Shown here piece after piece: positions 18,548-28,500 of a stretch of DNA of 64,000 nt (positions are counted from its first letter, which is position 1; each line of letters begins with the position of its first letter). This DNA comes from Desulfobacteraceae bacterium UBA5616. GTDB lineage: Bacteria > Desulfobacterota > Desulfobacteria > Desulfobacterales > UBA5616. Under the pieces are notes generated by a model. That model worked only from the letters and a program-made list of their open reading frames with translations. It was not told the DNA's origin and searched no databases. The DNA is taken from assembly GCA_002423615.1 (NCBI GenBank), contig DIKO01000049.1:40264-104263 (forward strand), written 5' to 3'. Both the position numbers and the translations under genes were made by a program.

Positions 18548-20239
18548 TCAGGCGTTGGAAGGGATAAAATGAGGCGAAGGATACCACCATTCACCCGGTC
18601 TTAATTTCAGGTCTTCAATCAGGATGTGCATGAGGTTATAGGAAACCGCCTGCAGGGCCAGTCCTCCCGGATAGGATGTCTGGTGGCACAAATAAAGGTT
18701 TTTAATGGGGGTCCGGTATCGAGAGAGTTCCGGAAGGGGCTTCTTCTGGTACCACTGTTCTTCTTCCTGGCTGATTCCCATCCAGTTGCCTCCCACAAAA
18801 GCCATATTTCGCAGACTGGAGTCATAGGGGGTATTGACGAATTTGGCCACGATCTTGTCATCGGTGAGATTGGGAGCGACTTCCCTGATCTTCTCCATCA
18901 TCACCTCCACGATGTCCCATTTGGCGTTGTTGACCGCCAAAGGTCCGTCCCGGTGGTATTCGGGAGGGGGAACCTCGAGATAAATGGGGGTGAATACATG
19001 GTACCCTTCAGGCGTGTGACAGGATGCGTCAAAGACATCATGGTTGAGGAACATCAAAACCATGTCTTCTTTTCTCATGGGGTGGGTGTTTTCCGAATAG
19101 ACCACCCGTTCCATATTGAACATCGCCTCCCGGGAATCCGTGTTGATCACCGTGCAGTTGGGGTAGAGGCCGTTTGAAAACATTTCTTCCGCCTCCCCTT
19201 TGAATCTGGGCATTTCCCGGGTGACCAGGGACAGGACGAAGAGGCTGCCCCCCTTTAAATTAATGCCCCTGACCCGTTCCAGGAAGCCCGCGTCCAGTTC
19301 GCGTTCGGGGATCAGTTCCAGGAACGTCGGTTTGACGTGGGTATTGGAAAGGACCGCCTTGTCCGCGTAAATTTTACGGTTTCGGGCCGTTGCAGTGTCC
19401 GCCAGGATAACCCCCTTGGCTTCCCGGTCCTCGACGATGATTTCTTCAACCTTGCTGTTGGTGTAAATTCTGGCCCCGTAATGCATGGCGCATCTGACCA
19501 GGGCGTGGGTCAACGAATGCATGCCCCCCCGGGGTTGCCCGCAGCTGTACCCGAGGAGCATATTGCAGCAGTACCCGGGTACCGCCGTGCCTTTCCAGTT
19601 GGGATGAGGGCCGTTGTACCAGGATCCCATGGCCGATACCATCTTCATTTGTTCGGATTCAAACAGGGTGTCCAGCAATTCCATGGTGGGCATGTGATTC
19701 CATGAATCCTCGTAAAGCGGATGGTTGTATTTCCTGAATACCTTTGCCCAGGGAAGGTCTTCCATGGCAAGGGAAATATGGGGCGGCGGGGGCGGGGTCC
19801 AGTAGATGGATCTCAACAATTCGGCCAGCCTTGCCGGGTCCCCGTTGATGGTGGCCATGAGTTCATTGGCTTTCAGGTCTTTGGCCGACATTTTCTTGAG
19901 CGCCAGATTCATTGCGGCCTCGTTTTTGACGTTTCCGCCGAAAAGCTGCCCATTTCCGTCGGAAGTGACCCCTCCGCTTAAAACATTGAAATGGACCATG
20001 CGGAAACCGAATTTATGCAGTTCCAGCTGCTCGAAAGCCGGCGCTGCGCCTCCGTATAAATAGGTGGCATGGGGGTCGATTTTACATCCGGGCATAGGTT
20101 CGGTGTTTTCCGCGCCTCCGCCGCATTCCCCCCTTTCTTCGAGAATACAGACCGTAAGTCCGCATTTTCCCAGATAACCGGCAATGCTGAGGCTATTGGT
20201 TCCTCCGCCGACGATGACGACATCATATACTTCTTTCAA
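18548..20239 (-). CDS. FAD-dependent oxidoreductase, phytoene desaturase (CrtI)-like family, subunit A candidate
   Basis: YDVVIVGGGTNSLSIAGYLGKCGLTVCILEERGECGGG, 563 aa, with C-terminal LYLCHQTSYPGG. The start is a TTG preceded by AAAGGGGGA. Confidence 0.8.
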   Translation of the reverse strand: MKEVYDVVIVGGGTNSLSIAGYLGKCGLTVCILEERGECGGGAENTEPMPGCKIDPHATYLYGGAAPAFEQLELHKFGFRMVHFNVLSGGVTSDGNGQLFGGNVKNEAAMNLALKKMSAKDLKANELMATINGDPARLAELLRSIYWTPPPPPHISLAMEDLPWAKVFRKYNHPLYEDSWNHMPTMELLDTLFESEQMKMVSAMGSWYNGPHPNWKGTAVPGYCCNMLLGYSCGQPRGGMHSLTHALVRCAMHYGARIYTNSKVEEIIVEDREAKGVILADTATARNRKIYADKAVLSNTHVKPTFLELIPERELDAGFLERVRGINLKGGSLFVLSLVTREMPRFKGEAEEMFSNGLYPNCTVINTDSREAMFNMERVVYSENTHPMRKEDMVLMFLNHDVFDASCHTPEGYHVFTPIYLEVPPPEYHRDGPLAVNNAKWDIVEVMMEKIREVAPNLTDDKIVAKFVNTPYDSSLRNMAFVGGNWMGISQEEEQWYQKKPLPELSRYRTPIKNLYLCHQTSYPGGLALQAVSYNLMHILIEDLKLRPGEWWYPSPHFIPSNA

Positions 20240-20363
20240 GGCAGTCCCCCTTTCTTTAGAACGGGTTGGTGAAAAAAAGAACTCCTAAGGATCAACCAAA
20301 TGTGAAGGTTTGCATGAGATGGAAATAAATCGCGATGAAAAAATATGAAACGATGTTTTTTAA

Positions 20364-20379
20364 AGCATTTTTCATGCCA
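20364..20379 (-). promoter_or_regulatory. sigma54 (-24/-12) promoter candidate P2
   Basis: The minus strand reads TGGCAT-GAAAA-ATGCT with correct spacing. It sits about 125 nt upstream of the CrtI-like A start, in the divergent region shared with EBP-2. Confidence 0.55.
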
Positions 20380-20592
20380 ATAAGAATACCCACTCCCGAC
20401 CGAGAGTTACATCATCATAAGAAACCGATATCACGTTGAATAAAAATCAATGACGATAAAAGATGATTTGGTCCCTGATGCGGTTCAGAAAAATGTCTTT
20501 TTATCGACACCCGAATGACGGTAATTCAACAAAGAACGTCCATATTCGGACAACGTGCTTGATTTATGGCGCCCGAGTCCGTATAAATAGAA

Positions 20593-23500
20593 ATGACGAT
20601 CACCGTCATTCCTCATGATTTCCTTTCAAACTACCCGACGAGGTGCCGCATGGATGCCGAACCCATAAAAATCACCACGGAGCAATGGGAATTTCTGTCG
20701 GTTCTTGACGCTCTGGAGAAGCCCGTGTCACTGGATGTCGCCGGAAAAATTTTCCCGATATTGCCGGCGCCTTTTCTGAAACTCCTGGGACGAGAGGATT
20801 TCCCGGCCCTCATCCAGGAGAGTGAACCCGGTTTCTTCGGCATTTCCGGGGATATCCCCGAATGGATCCTGGAAAAAATCAAATCCATGAATGATTCCCG
20901 GCGGCTGACCGATCTGATCGAACGTCTGTATGACACCCATCTCTTTAAAAGGATTGACCCGGATATCATCTCCAGACTTCTGGAAAGGACAGGACGAACC
21001 CGGGATATGGCCGAGCTTGAGATTGATCAGGCCCGAAAGGCGCTGAAAAATGGGGAACAGTCCCAGGCCATGGCCCATCTCTGGCATGTGGTGAAGCAGC
21101 TCTTCGGTATGCCTGAAGATCCCGAGCATGACCCCCTGTTTATTTCAGCCACCCTCAAATTGTCGGACCTCTGTTTTTCTCTGGGGACCGGATTCATGGA
21201 ATTGCCCCGTTTCCTGAAAAAAGCGCGTTTAATGGCCCAGAAAATGGGAGACAGGCGATCCCATGCCTTGATCCACCTCAATCTTTCCATTTTTCTGCAT
21301 ATCGCCGGGCAGCATGACGAATCCCTTTCGGCCTTGTCCGAAGGGTTGAAGGAAGTGGAGTCTCTGGGTGATGAGGATATCCTGAACCGGTCTGCGGCTT
21401 TCATCGGGCTGAATTTCTTTCTTCAGGGGATGTTCAGGGATGCGGAACCCTATCTGGAACGGGCGACCCAGGATTATGAGCTCCAGGGCGGAGATAGTAT
21501 GACCATGGGGCCCCTGCCCATGCCCTTTCTTTTGGGGTATTGCCTTGCAAATCTGGGGCATTTTCATGACGCCGTCGGCGGACTGGAGTGTTTCCGGCGT
21601 ATGGCCGGAAAACGGTCACAGGATGCGCTGGCCACAACCATCCGATCCATTCTCGGGACGGTTTTACAGATGGCGGGTAAACGGGATGAGGCCCTGTATC
21701 ACCTTGAATCAGCAAGCAGGGAAGCCCTGGAGAGCAGAAATTCCTTTGCCATGGCCATCGCGGACGGTGGTCTGATTTACCAGGCATTTCTCGACGGCGA
21801 TCTGGAAAAGGCGAGAAACAGAATGGATAATCCATCCGGATATCGGGGGAAGGAGGGTTTTCTGAGATTGTATACGGCTCCGCATATTCTTGAGATGATT
21901 TTTGAAATTGAGGCCGTGGGTTTACCCCCCCATCCCCGGTTAAATTTTGATAATGAAATGTCATGGATCAATAAAGCGCCGAATATTCATGCCAAGGGGG
22001 CCTTGTTCCGACTGCTGGCCAGGGGCGAAATGGGCAAGACGGGAGAAACTCCGGAAGTTGCATCCTTTCTTGAGAAGAGCGAGACATGGTTAAAGATATC
22101 CGGAGATCCGGTGGAATTGGCTAAAACCTGGCTGGAAAAGGCACGGTATCATCTCCTGAAAAATGATACCGACAAGGCGAAAGTCCTCACCCAAAGGGCC
22201 TATCAATTTCTGACACAGCATTGCCGATGGATATTTCCCGATGATCTGCTGACGATGGTAAAGAAAGAGGATAAAACGGAACAGGTCGGGGAATCCTATT
22301 CGGGCTTCCTGAGACGGTTCATGGAAATGTTTGAATACAAATCCCATGGTGAAAACGTCGAGAGGGTTCTGGAGGAATTGCTGAAAAACGCGTGCAGATT
22401 GTTTAAAGCCGAGCGGGGCGGCATATTTCGTGCCGGAGAAAAAGAATCTTCGGTCCTTCCTGTTCTCTGGTCCGGACACAACCTGACTTCCGATGATATT
22501 TCGGACCCGGATTTCTCCCCGTCACTCGAAATCATCCGGAGCGTCATGCAGCGGCATGAGAGCCTGTCCAGACGCCTGCAACGGGATCAACCCGTCTTTA
22601 AAGATCAGTTCCCCATCAAGGCCGTGCTGTGCCTGCCGTTTTTTCAGGGCATGGAACCTGCGGGCGCTTTTTATTTTGACAATCTCTATCTGGATAATGA
22701 TTTTGATCTTCCGGACCCCGCCCTGATGACCCAAATGGCTGTTTTCATGAGTGATCATGTGGCTCAGAGGCTGGATTACCGGCGATTGCGGAGGGAGACC
22801 AGTATGTGGTCATCGGCCCGGACCGTTCAGATTGAACAGCTCAGAAGGGAAGATTTTATTTTTCAAAGTCCGGTCATGAAGCGCCTGTTATCCCAGGCCG
22901 AAAAGGTCGCCCGCACGGACAGCACCCTTTTGATTCAGGGTGAAACCGGTGTCGGGAAGGAACTCCTGGCCCGTCAGTTGCATAAAATGAGCATCCGGGA
23001 TTCCGGTCCTTTTGAAGTGGTGGATCTCACCGCCATTCCCGAGAGTCTCCTGGAAAGTGAATTGTTCGGCTATGAAAAAGGCGCTTTCACCGGAGCGGAA
23101 CGTCAGAAGCGCGGAAGATTCGAACTGACCCGGAAAGGAACGCTTTTTCTGGATGAGATCGGAGAAATTCCCCTTTCCTTTCAGGTCAAGCTTTTAAGGG
23201 TTTTACAGGAAAAAACGTTTGTAAGGGTGGGAGGCACAAAAACACTTGCCTCAAATTTCAGACTGATCGTGGCCACCAACCGGGATCTTGCAGAGGAGGT
23301 CAAATCCGGACGGTTTCGGCAGGATCTGTTTTACCGGCTCAATATGATTCCCCTGACCGTGCCCCCGCTTCGGGAAAGGGAAGATGACATCGTTCTGCTG
23401 GCCGGCTATTTTCTGGCTCGCTACGCCGCCAAGCACGGCAAATCCGCCCTGAGTTTGTCGCCGGAAGATGAAGCGGTTTTAAGGGCCTATCCCTGGCCGG

Positions 23501-23889
23501 GGAATGTCAGGGAATTGAAAAATGTCATGGAAAGGGCGGTGTTGCTGTCAAGAAGCGAAAGACTGGACCTCGGTCAGTTGAATCCCGGCTCATTTTTATC
23601 TCCAACCCAGGCGCTGCTCCCTGAAAAACAGGAAATCCTGGACGACGTCAGTGAAGAAGCGTTTAAGCAAGACCTGACCCTTGAAGCGCTGGAACGCAGC
23701 TATGTCCGCCGGGTTCTGGAAAAAAGCCGGGGAAAAATCAGCGGACCGAACGGGGCTTGTGAAATCCTGGGGATAAAAAGAACCACGTTGTACAGCCGCA
23801 TGAAAAAATTGGGCCTTGAAAACCAGAGGGTCGCGGTAAAGCCTGTAAAAATTTCCCGGGGGGAAGCAAAGCCAAAGCCTTTGCCTTGA
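20593..23889 (+). CDS. sigma54-dependent transcriptional activator (EBP-2), same architecture as EBP-1 and EBP-3
   Basis: GETGVGKE (from 22939), GAFTGA (23080..23097), FRQDLFYRLNM, and the HTH ACEILGIKRTTLYSRMKKLGL. The N-terminal TEQWEFLSVLDALEKPVSLDVAGKIFPILP aligns with the other two. An alternative start at M20 (20650) is possible. Confidence 0.9.
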   Translation: MTITVIPHDFLSNYPTRCRMDAEPIKITTEQWEFLSVLDALEKPVSLDVAGKIFPILPAPFLKLLGREDFPALIQESEPGFFGISGDIPEWILEKIKSMNDSRRLTDLIERLYDTHLFKRIDPDIISRLLERTGRTRDMAELEIDQARKALKNGEQSQAMAHLWHVVKQLFGMPEDPEHDPLFISATLKLSDLCFSLGTGFMELPRFLKKARLMAQKMGDRRSHALIHLNLSIFLHIAGQHDESLSALSEGLKEVESLGDEDILNRSAAFIGLNFFLQGMFRDAEPYLERATQDYELQGGDSMTMGPLPMPFLLGYCLANLGHFHDAVGGLECFRRMAGKRSQDALATTIRSILGTVLQMAGKRDEALYHLESASREALESRNSFAMAIADGGLIYQAFLDGDLEKARNRMDNPSGYRGKEGFLRLYTAPHILEMIFEIEAVGLPPHPRLNFDNEMSWINKAPNIHAKGALFRLLARGEMGKTGETPEVASFLEKSETWLKISGDPVELAKTWLEKARYHLLKNDTDKAKVLTQRAYQFLTQHCRWIFPDDLLTMVKKEDKTEQVGESYSGFLRRFMEMFEYKSHGENVERVLEELLKNACRLFKAERGGIFRAGEKESSVLPVLWSGHNLTSDDISDPDFSPSLEIIRSVMQRHESLSRRLQRDQPVFKDQFPIKAVLCLPFFQGMEPAGAFYFDNLYLDNDFDLPDPALMTQMAVFMSDHVAQRLDYRRLRRETSMWSSARTVQIEQLRREDFIFQSPVMKRLLSQAEKVARTDSTLLIQGETGVGKELLARQLHKMSIRDSGPFEVVDLTAIPESLLESELFGYEKGAFTGAERQKRGRFELTRKGTLFLDEIGEIPLSFQVKLLRVLQEKTFVRVGGTKTLASNFRLIVATNRDLAEEVKSGRFRQDLFYRLNMIPLTVPPLREREDDIVLLAGYFLARYAAKHGKSALSLSPEDEAVLRAYPWPGNVRELKNVMERAVLLSRSERLDLGQLNPGSFLSPTQALLPEKQEILDDVSEEAFKQDLTLEALERSYVRRVLEKSRGKISGPNGACEILGIKRTTLYSRMKKLGLENQRVAVKPVKISRGEAKPKPLP

Positions 23890-23970
23890 CAGGCATGATG
23901 GTTTTGCCTATAGTTTTTGAAACTTTCCTTTAAATCACTGCTTTTAACACTGCTGTTTTCGGAGAAGGCG

Positions 23971-25692
23971 ATGTCCCAGAAAATTCTGTATTCCACAGAT
24001 GCGGAGGATTTTTATTACACGGATATCAATATTCCCTGCCAGCGCGCCTGCCCCGCACTGACCAATATCCCGGCATATATTCGGGCCATCTTTGAAAACC
24101 GGCCTGATCAATCCTACGAGATCAACCGGATGGCCAATATCCTGCCGGGGGTTCTCGGGCGCATCTGCTCCAGACCCTGCGAACAAAAATGCCGTCATGG
24201 AGAATCGGAGTTGGGCCAGCCCGTCAATATCTGCCACCTTAAGCGGGCTGCATCGGATTTTAAAACCCGGATGCCCGAATTTTCGAGGCATCCAAAACCC
24301 TTGGGGAAAAAAGTGGCCATCATCGGATCCGGTCCGTCAGGACTTGCCGCCGCCCATGATCTGGCCCGTTTCGGCTTTGACGTTACCCTTTATGAGGCAC
24401 TGGAAAAGCCGGGAGGGATGCTCCGGTACGGTATCCCTGAATTCAGACTGCCGCGGAACGTCCTGGATGAGGAAATCAACGCCATCCTGAAGATGGGGGT
24501 TATGCTGAAGACCGGAATCCGGATTGGTGAAAACATGCCCCTGGACAACCTGTTAAATTCCCATGATGCCGTGCTGGCGGCCACGGGGTGTTATCGTACC
24601 ATCCCGCTGCACATTCCGGGGGAATCCGAATTGGCCGGGGTCTATCCGGGTCTGGACTTCATGATGGATGTCTGTTCCGGAAAGAATCCCCGGGTAGGCA
24701 GAAGAGTTCTGGTGATCGGTGCGGGGTTTACCGCCTTTGATTGTGCAAGGTCCGCCGTAAGACTCGGGGGAGAGGAGGTTATGATCTGCATTCGGCGCAC
24801 CGAAGAGGATTTAACGGTAACCCATGATGAAATTCTGGAAACCAAGTCCGAAGGGGTAAAAATCCGTTCCCTGATGTTGCCCCAAAAAATCATGGGTAAA
24901 ACCGGAATTGAAGGCGTTGAATTCGTAAGAACGCGTCCCGGTGAAAAAAGACCGGACGGAAAAAGGGAAGTGTCCGTCATTCCCGGCAGTGAATTTGTAT
25001 TGCCCACGGATACCGTCATCGTGGCTACGGGTCAGAGACCCGGTCCTTTTGAACTCTCCGGGGGAGGGATAAAACCTGAGGCCGGGACCTCGTTCAAAAC
25101 CACCACAAGAGGGTTGTATATTTCAGGAGACTATCTTACCGGGCCTTCAACGGTCATCGAGGCTGTGGCCAAGGGCCGGAATGCGGCTCATGAACTTGCC
25201 CGGGACCTCGTGGGAAGAAGGTTTTACGAGAAAACGGTTCGGATGGAGGATGGGCGTATTACAGATCGGGAACGGACCTGGGATTTCATTCCCAGGGAAG
25301 AAATGCCCACACTGATGCCCATTGAAAACCGCATTTCCAACCCGGGTTATGAGGTGGAAACCGGCCAGACCCGGGATCAGGCGATGAACGAGGCAAAGCG
25401 GTGTTATCTGTGCTATCTGCACTATGAAATTGACCTGGACCGATGCATTTACTGTCGGTACTGTATTGACGTGGCGCCGAGGGATTGTATCAAGCTGGTG
25501 AAGGACGTCGGCATCAACGACGATGGAGCCGTCACCGGGTTCGTGGAAACCACCGTGTGGCAGGATGTCAATGCCATTGTCATCGACAACAGCCGATGCA
25601 TCCGGTGCGGGCAATGCATGCGGGTCTGCCCCGTGGAATGCATCTCCGTTACACGGGTGGAACTGGTGGAAAAAGAAACAGGGGGGATCTGA
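23971..25692 (+). CDS. GltD/NfnB-like NAD(P)H-dependent FAD/FeS oxidoreductase with C-terminal 2x[4Fe-4S] ferredoxin domain
   Basis: N-terminal Cys motifs CQRACPALTNIPAYI and CSRPCEQKC. Two Rossmann motifs, VAIIGSGPSGLAAA and VLVIGAGFTAFDCA. C-terminal CIYCRYCIDVAP and CIRCGQCMRVCP. The start is at MSQKIL, after GGAGAAGG. Confidence 0.8.
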   Translation: MSQKILYSTDAEDFYYTDINIPCQRACPALTNIPAYIRAIFENRPDQSYEINRMANILPGVLGRICSRPCEQKCRHGESELGQPVNICHLKRAASDFKTRMPEFSRHPKPLGKKVAIIGSGPSGLAAAHDLARFGFDVTLYEALEKPGGMLRYGIPEFRLPRNVLDEEINAILKMGVMLKTGIRIGENMPLDNLLNSHDAVLAATGCYRTIPLHIPGESELAGVYPGLDFMMDVCSGKNPRVGRRVLVIGAGFTAFDCARSAVRLGGEEVMICIRRTEEDLTVTHDEILETKSEGVKIRSLMLPQKIMGKTGIEGVEFVRTRPGEKRPDGKREVSVIPGSEFVLPTDTVIVATGQRPGPFELSGGGIKPEAGTSFKTTTRGLYISGDYLTGPSTVIEAVAKGRNAAHELARDLVGRRFYEKTVRMEDGRITDRERTWDFIPREEMPTLMPIENRISNPGYEVETGQTRDQAMNEAKRCYLCYLHYEIDLDRCIYCRYCIDVAPRDCIKLVKDVGINDDGAVTGFVETTVWQDVNAIVIDNSRCIRCGQCMRVCPVECISVTRVELVEKETGGI

Positions 25693-26708
25693 TGGACAAA
25701 CCTCATTTCGTCGTCATCGGAAACGGGCCGGCCGGGAATCAGGCGGCTTTGACCTTAAGGGAACTGGACCCGGATGCCCGTATAACCCTGATCAGTAAAC
25801 ACCTTGGGGGGTGCTTTCATCCCTATCTGCTCCCCCGGATGATTTCCGGGGAGATCTCGGAAGAGGATATTTACCTCTATTCGCCGAGCTCTTACAAGGA
25901 AAACAACATAAAATTTCGAAAAGGGCAGGAAGTGGTGCGGCTTGATCTTGAACGGCATGAAATTTATATGGACCATAAAGAGGTGCTGCGATTCGACGGA
26001 CTTATCATTGCGGTGGGGGGTAAGCCCAGAATCCCTGAAAACCTGGCTGTTTTCAGCGATATCCTGTATACGCTCAAAAATCCCGGCGATGCCGGAAAAT
26101 GGATTCAAAGACTGAAATCCGTGGAATCCGTGCTGATGATCGGCGGGGACTTGACCTCCTTCGCCTTGACAAAAGCGCTGCTTTCCATGAGAAAAAATAT
26201 CTGGTTTATGTTCGATGAAGAAGCTTTCTGGCCGGTGCGATTCAATGAAAAACTGTGGGAAGATGCATCCTGCAGGCTCGCCGGCCTCGGCGTAAACGTG
26301 CTGCCCCTCTCCAGGATAGAAAGCCTGTCCGTGATAAATGAGAACGAGGTGCGAATCGAGATGGGAGGCGAGGCGATTTGTGTCGGGATGATCGGCGCCT
26401 TTTTCGGGCTGATGCCGGATATCCGGTTTCTGGCCGGGAGCGGATTGAAAATCGACAGGGGGATTCTGGTGGATGAATATTTGAACACCGGTTTTGCGTC
26501 TGTATATGCCGCCGGCGACTGTGCCCAGATCTATCACCCGGAACTGCAGGACTATTGGGTTTCCATAGGTCATGAGAATGCCTTGGGTCTGGGCCGGATC
26601 GCCGCCATGAACCTTGTGGGCGCAAATATCAAAACCGAGGTGGATCAAAGGAGCGTATTTCAGGTGCAGGGAGTGAACGTCAATACATCCTGGTGGATGG
26701 AGTTCTGA
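25692..26708 (+). CDS. Pyridine nucleotide-disulfide family FAD/NAD(P)-dependent oxidoreductase
   Basis: MDKPHFVVIGNGPAGNQAA and YAAGDCAQ motifs. The start overlaps the upstream stop by 1 nt (TGATG), indicating translational coupling. Confidence 0.75.
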   Translation: MDKPHFVVIGNGPAGNQAALTLRELDPDARITLISKHLGGCFHPYLLPRMISGEISEEDIYLYSPSSYKENNIKFRKGQEVVRLDLERHEIYMDHKEVLRFDGLIIAVGGKPRIPENLAVFSDILYTLKNPGDAGKWIQRLKSVESVLMIGGDLTSFALTKALLSMRKNIWFMFDEEAFWPVRFNEKLWEDASCRLAGLGVNVLPLSRIESLSVINENEVRIEMGGEAICVGMIGAFFGLMPDIRFLAGSGLKIDRGILVDEYLNTGFASVYAAGDCAQIYHPELQDYWVSIGHENALGLGRIAAMNLVGANIKTEVDQRSVFQVQGVNVNTSWWMEF

Positions 26709-26709
26709 T

Positions 26710-28476
26710 ATGACCAAAGTGGATATGACCATTGAAATTTGCGGGATGTCCGGGGATGGAACCATAGCCGCGGGCCAACTTCTCAATACGGCCTTGATTC
26801 AGGCCGGTCTTTACCTCATCGCATTTGATTCCTACCCCGCCGAAATCCGGGGATTCGGCCGATGCGTAACCCATTCCCGGGTGGGAGATGAAGAAATGCT
26901 GGCCTTGAACAGCAAGGCCCATGTACTGATATCCCTGGATGATGAACAATCTTTATCCCGGCTTCCCTTTCTGGATGATGAGGCCGTCATCCTCTTTGAC
27001 AACCGTCCACTTTCCTATGTGTCCTCGGAAAAGACGCTTCCCGCCCATATTGAACCGGAGATGCATCCTTACGGCATTCCTTTCGGAGACCTGGCATCCG
27101 AGGCCATGGGGAGCCGGCGCGGCCGGAACATGGTCGCGTTGGGAGGATTTTCTGGAATCTTCGGACTTCCGCCGGGGTATTTTCATAACGCGATTCGCAA
27201 GAAATTCGGTTCCAAGGACGATAAAACCGTTCAGGACAATATCAGGTGCTTTGACGCCGGCATTCAATACGCTCTGGATCATTTCAAGGGCTTGCCGGTA
27301 AATGGGTTGGCGGCTCAGAGGGAAGTGGCCCCGAACGACAGGCTTCTTGTGTCCGGGAACGAGGCTGTAGCCAAAGGAGCCCTGGCCGGGGGGCTGAAAT
27401 TTTATTACGGATATCCCATCACCCCGGCCACGCCGGTTATGGAGTTTTTATCCAGGGCCCTGCCCGAGGTCGGGGGAGCGATGATGCAGATGGAAGACGA
27501 AATGGCCTCCATCGGCGGTGTTTTGGGGTCTTTTTTTGCCGGCAGGAGAGCCATGACGGCGACTTCGGGTCCCGGCTTCGCCCTGATGACCGAACTGATC
27601 GCTCATGCCACGATTACCGAGACCCCTGCGGTCATCGTCAACGCGCAGAGAGGGGGGCCGGGCACGGGACTTCCCACCAAAACGGAACAGTCGGATCTCG
27701 GGGCGGCTGTATTTGGCGGCCCCGGTGATTCTGCCCGCATCGTTCTGGCCCCGGCCAATGTCAGTGAATGCTATTATTTTACGGCCCGAAGTTTTCAGAT
27801 CGCGGAAAAATACCAGTCGCCGGTAATTCTTCTGACGGATTTTTTCCTCCACAACCGGGTGGAAAGCATTCCGGAACCAAAGGCAAAGGCGGCTGAGGTC
27901 GCCGACGGAAACCTGTATCCGGGTCCGACGGATAAAGATCCATACCGGCGGTATAAAATAACGGATTCCGGCATATCCCCCAGGGCGATTCCCGGCATGG
28001 AGGGGTATATTTTTCGTGCCACCGGCCTTGAGCATACAGAAAACGGGATTCCCGATTATACGCCCGGTCTGCATATGAATATGAGCGAAAAACGCCACCG
28101 CAAGATCCAGGGGGCATTGCAGGATCTGCCCGAACCTGTGCGGTTTTTCAAAGAGGAGAAACTGGATATCGGCGTGGTCGCATGGGGTTCCACCTTCGGC
28201 TCTGCTCTGGAGGCCGTTAAAAAAGCCAGGAAAGAGGGGATTCCGGCTGACGTGCTGAAGATATCCTCCATTTATCCCTATCACGCCAATCATATCAAGG
28301 AGTTTATGGACATATGCGGCGAGGTGTTGATTCCGGAACTGAATCTTGAAGGGCAGTTGGCCAATCTCATCGGGCATCTTCATCGAAAATGCGTCTGGCG
28401 CTTGAATCAGGTGACGGGGGTCCCCATGCCGGCCAGTGATATTCTGGCCAGGATCCGGTCCATACTCGGATCTTAA
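26710..28476 (+). CDS. korA: 2-oxoacid (2-oxoglutarate-type):ferredoxin oxidoreductase, fused gamma-alpha subunit
   Basis: Gamma-like N-terminus ICGMSGDGTIAAGQLL, then the alpha domain NEAVAKGALAGGLKFYYGYPITPATP. Length 588 aa. Confidence 0.85.
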   Translation: MTKVDMTIEICGMSGDGTIAAGQLLNTALIQAGLYLIAFDSYPAEIRGFGRCVTHSRVGDEEMLALNSKAHVLISLDDEQSLSRLPFLDDEAVILFDNRPLSYVSSEKTLPAHIEPEMHPYGIPFGDLASEAMGSRRGRNMVALGGFSGIFGLPPGYFHNAIRKKFGSKDDKTVQDNIRCFDAGIQYALDHFKGLPVNGLAAQREVAPNDRLLVSGNEAVAKGALAGGLKFYYGYPITPATPVMEFLSRALPEVGGAMMQMEDEMASIGGVLGSFFAGRRAMTATSGPGFALMTELIAHATITETPAVIVNAQRGGPGTGLPTKTEQSDLGAAVFGGPGDSARIVLAPANVSECYYFTARSFQIAEKYQSPVILLTDFFLHNRVESIPEPKAKAAEVADGNLYPGPTDKDPYRRYKITDSGISPRAIPGMEGYIFRATGLEHTENGIPDYTPGLHMNMSEKRHRKIQGALQDLPEPVRFFKEEKLDIGVVAWGSTFGSALEAVKKARKEGIPADVLKISSIYPYHANHIKEFMDICGEVLIPELNLEGQLANLIGHLHRKCVWRLNQVTGVPMPASDILARIRSILGS

Positions 28477-28500
28477 ACAAATTATAATAAGGAGCTTTGA

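Noticed and set aside
23891-23908. AGGCAT...TTTTGCC upstream of the GltD-like gene, as a sigma54 promoter
   Set aside because: The GG-to-GC spacing is 13 instead of 11, and the first base of the -24 element is wrong. This operon may instead be read through from the EBP-2 gene, or use a promoter I cannot see.
25755-26786. 343-aa minus-strand ORF
   Set aside because: It is antisense to the FAD/NAD oxidoreductase gene, which has clear dinucleotide-binding motifs. No motif or RBS was seen for the antisense frame.
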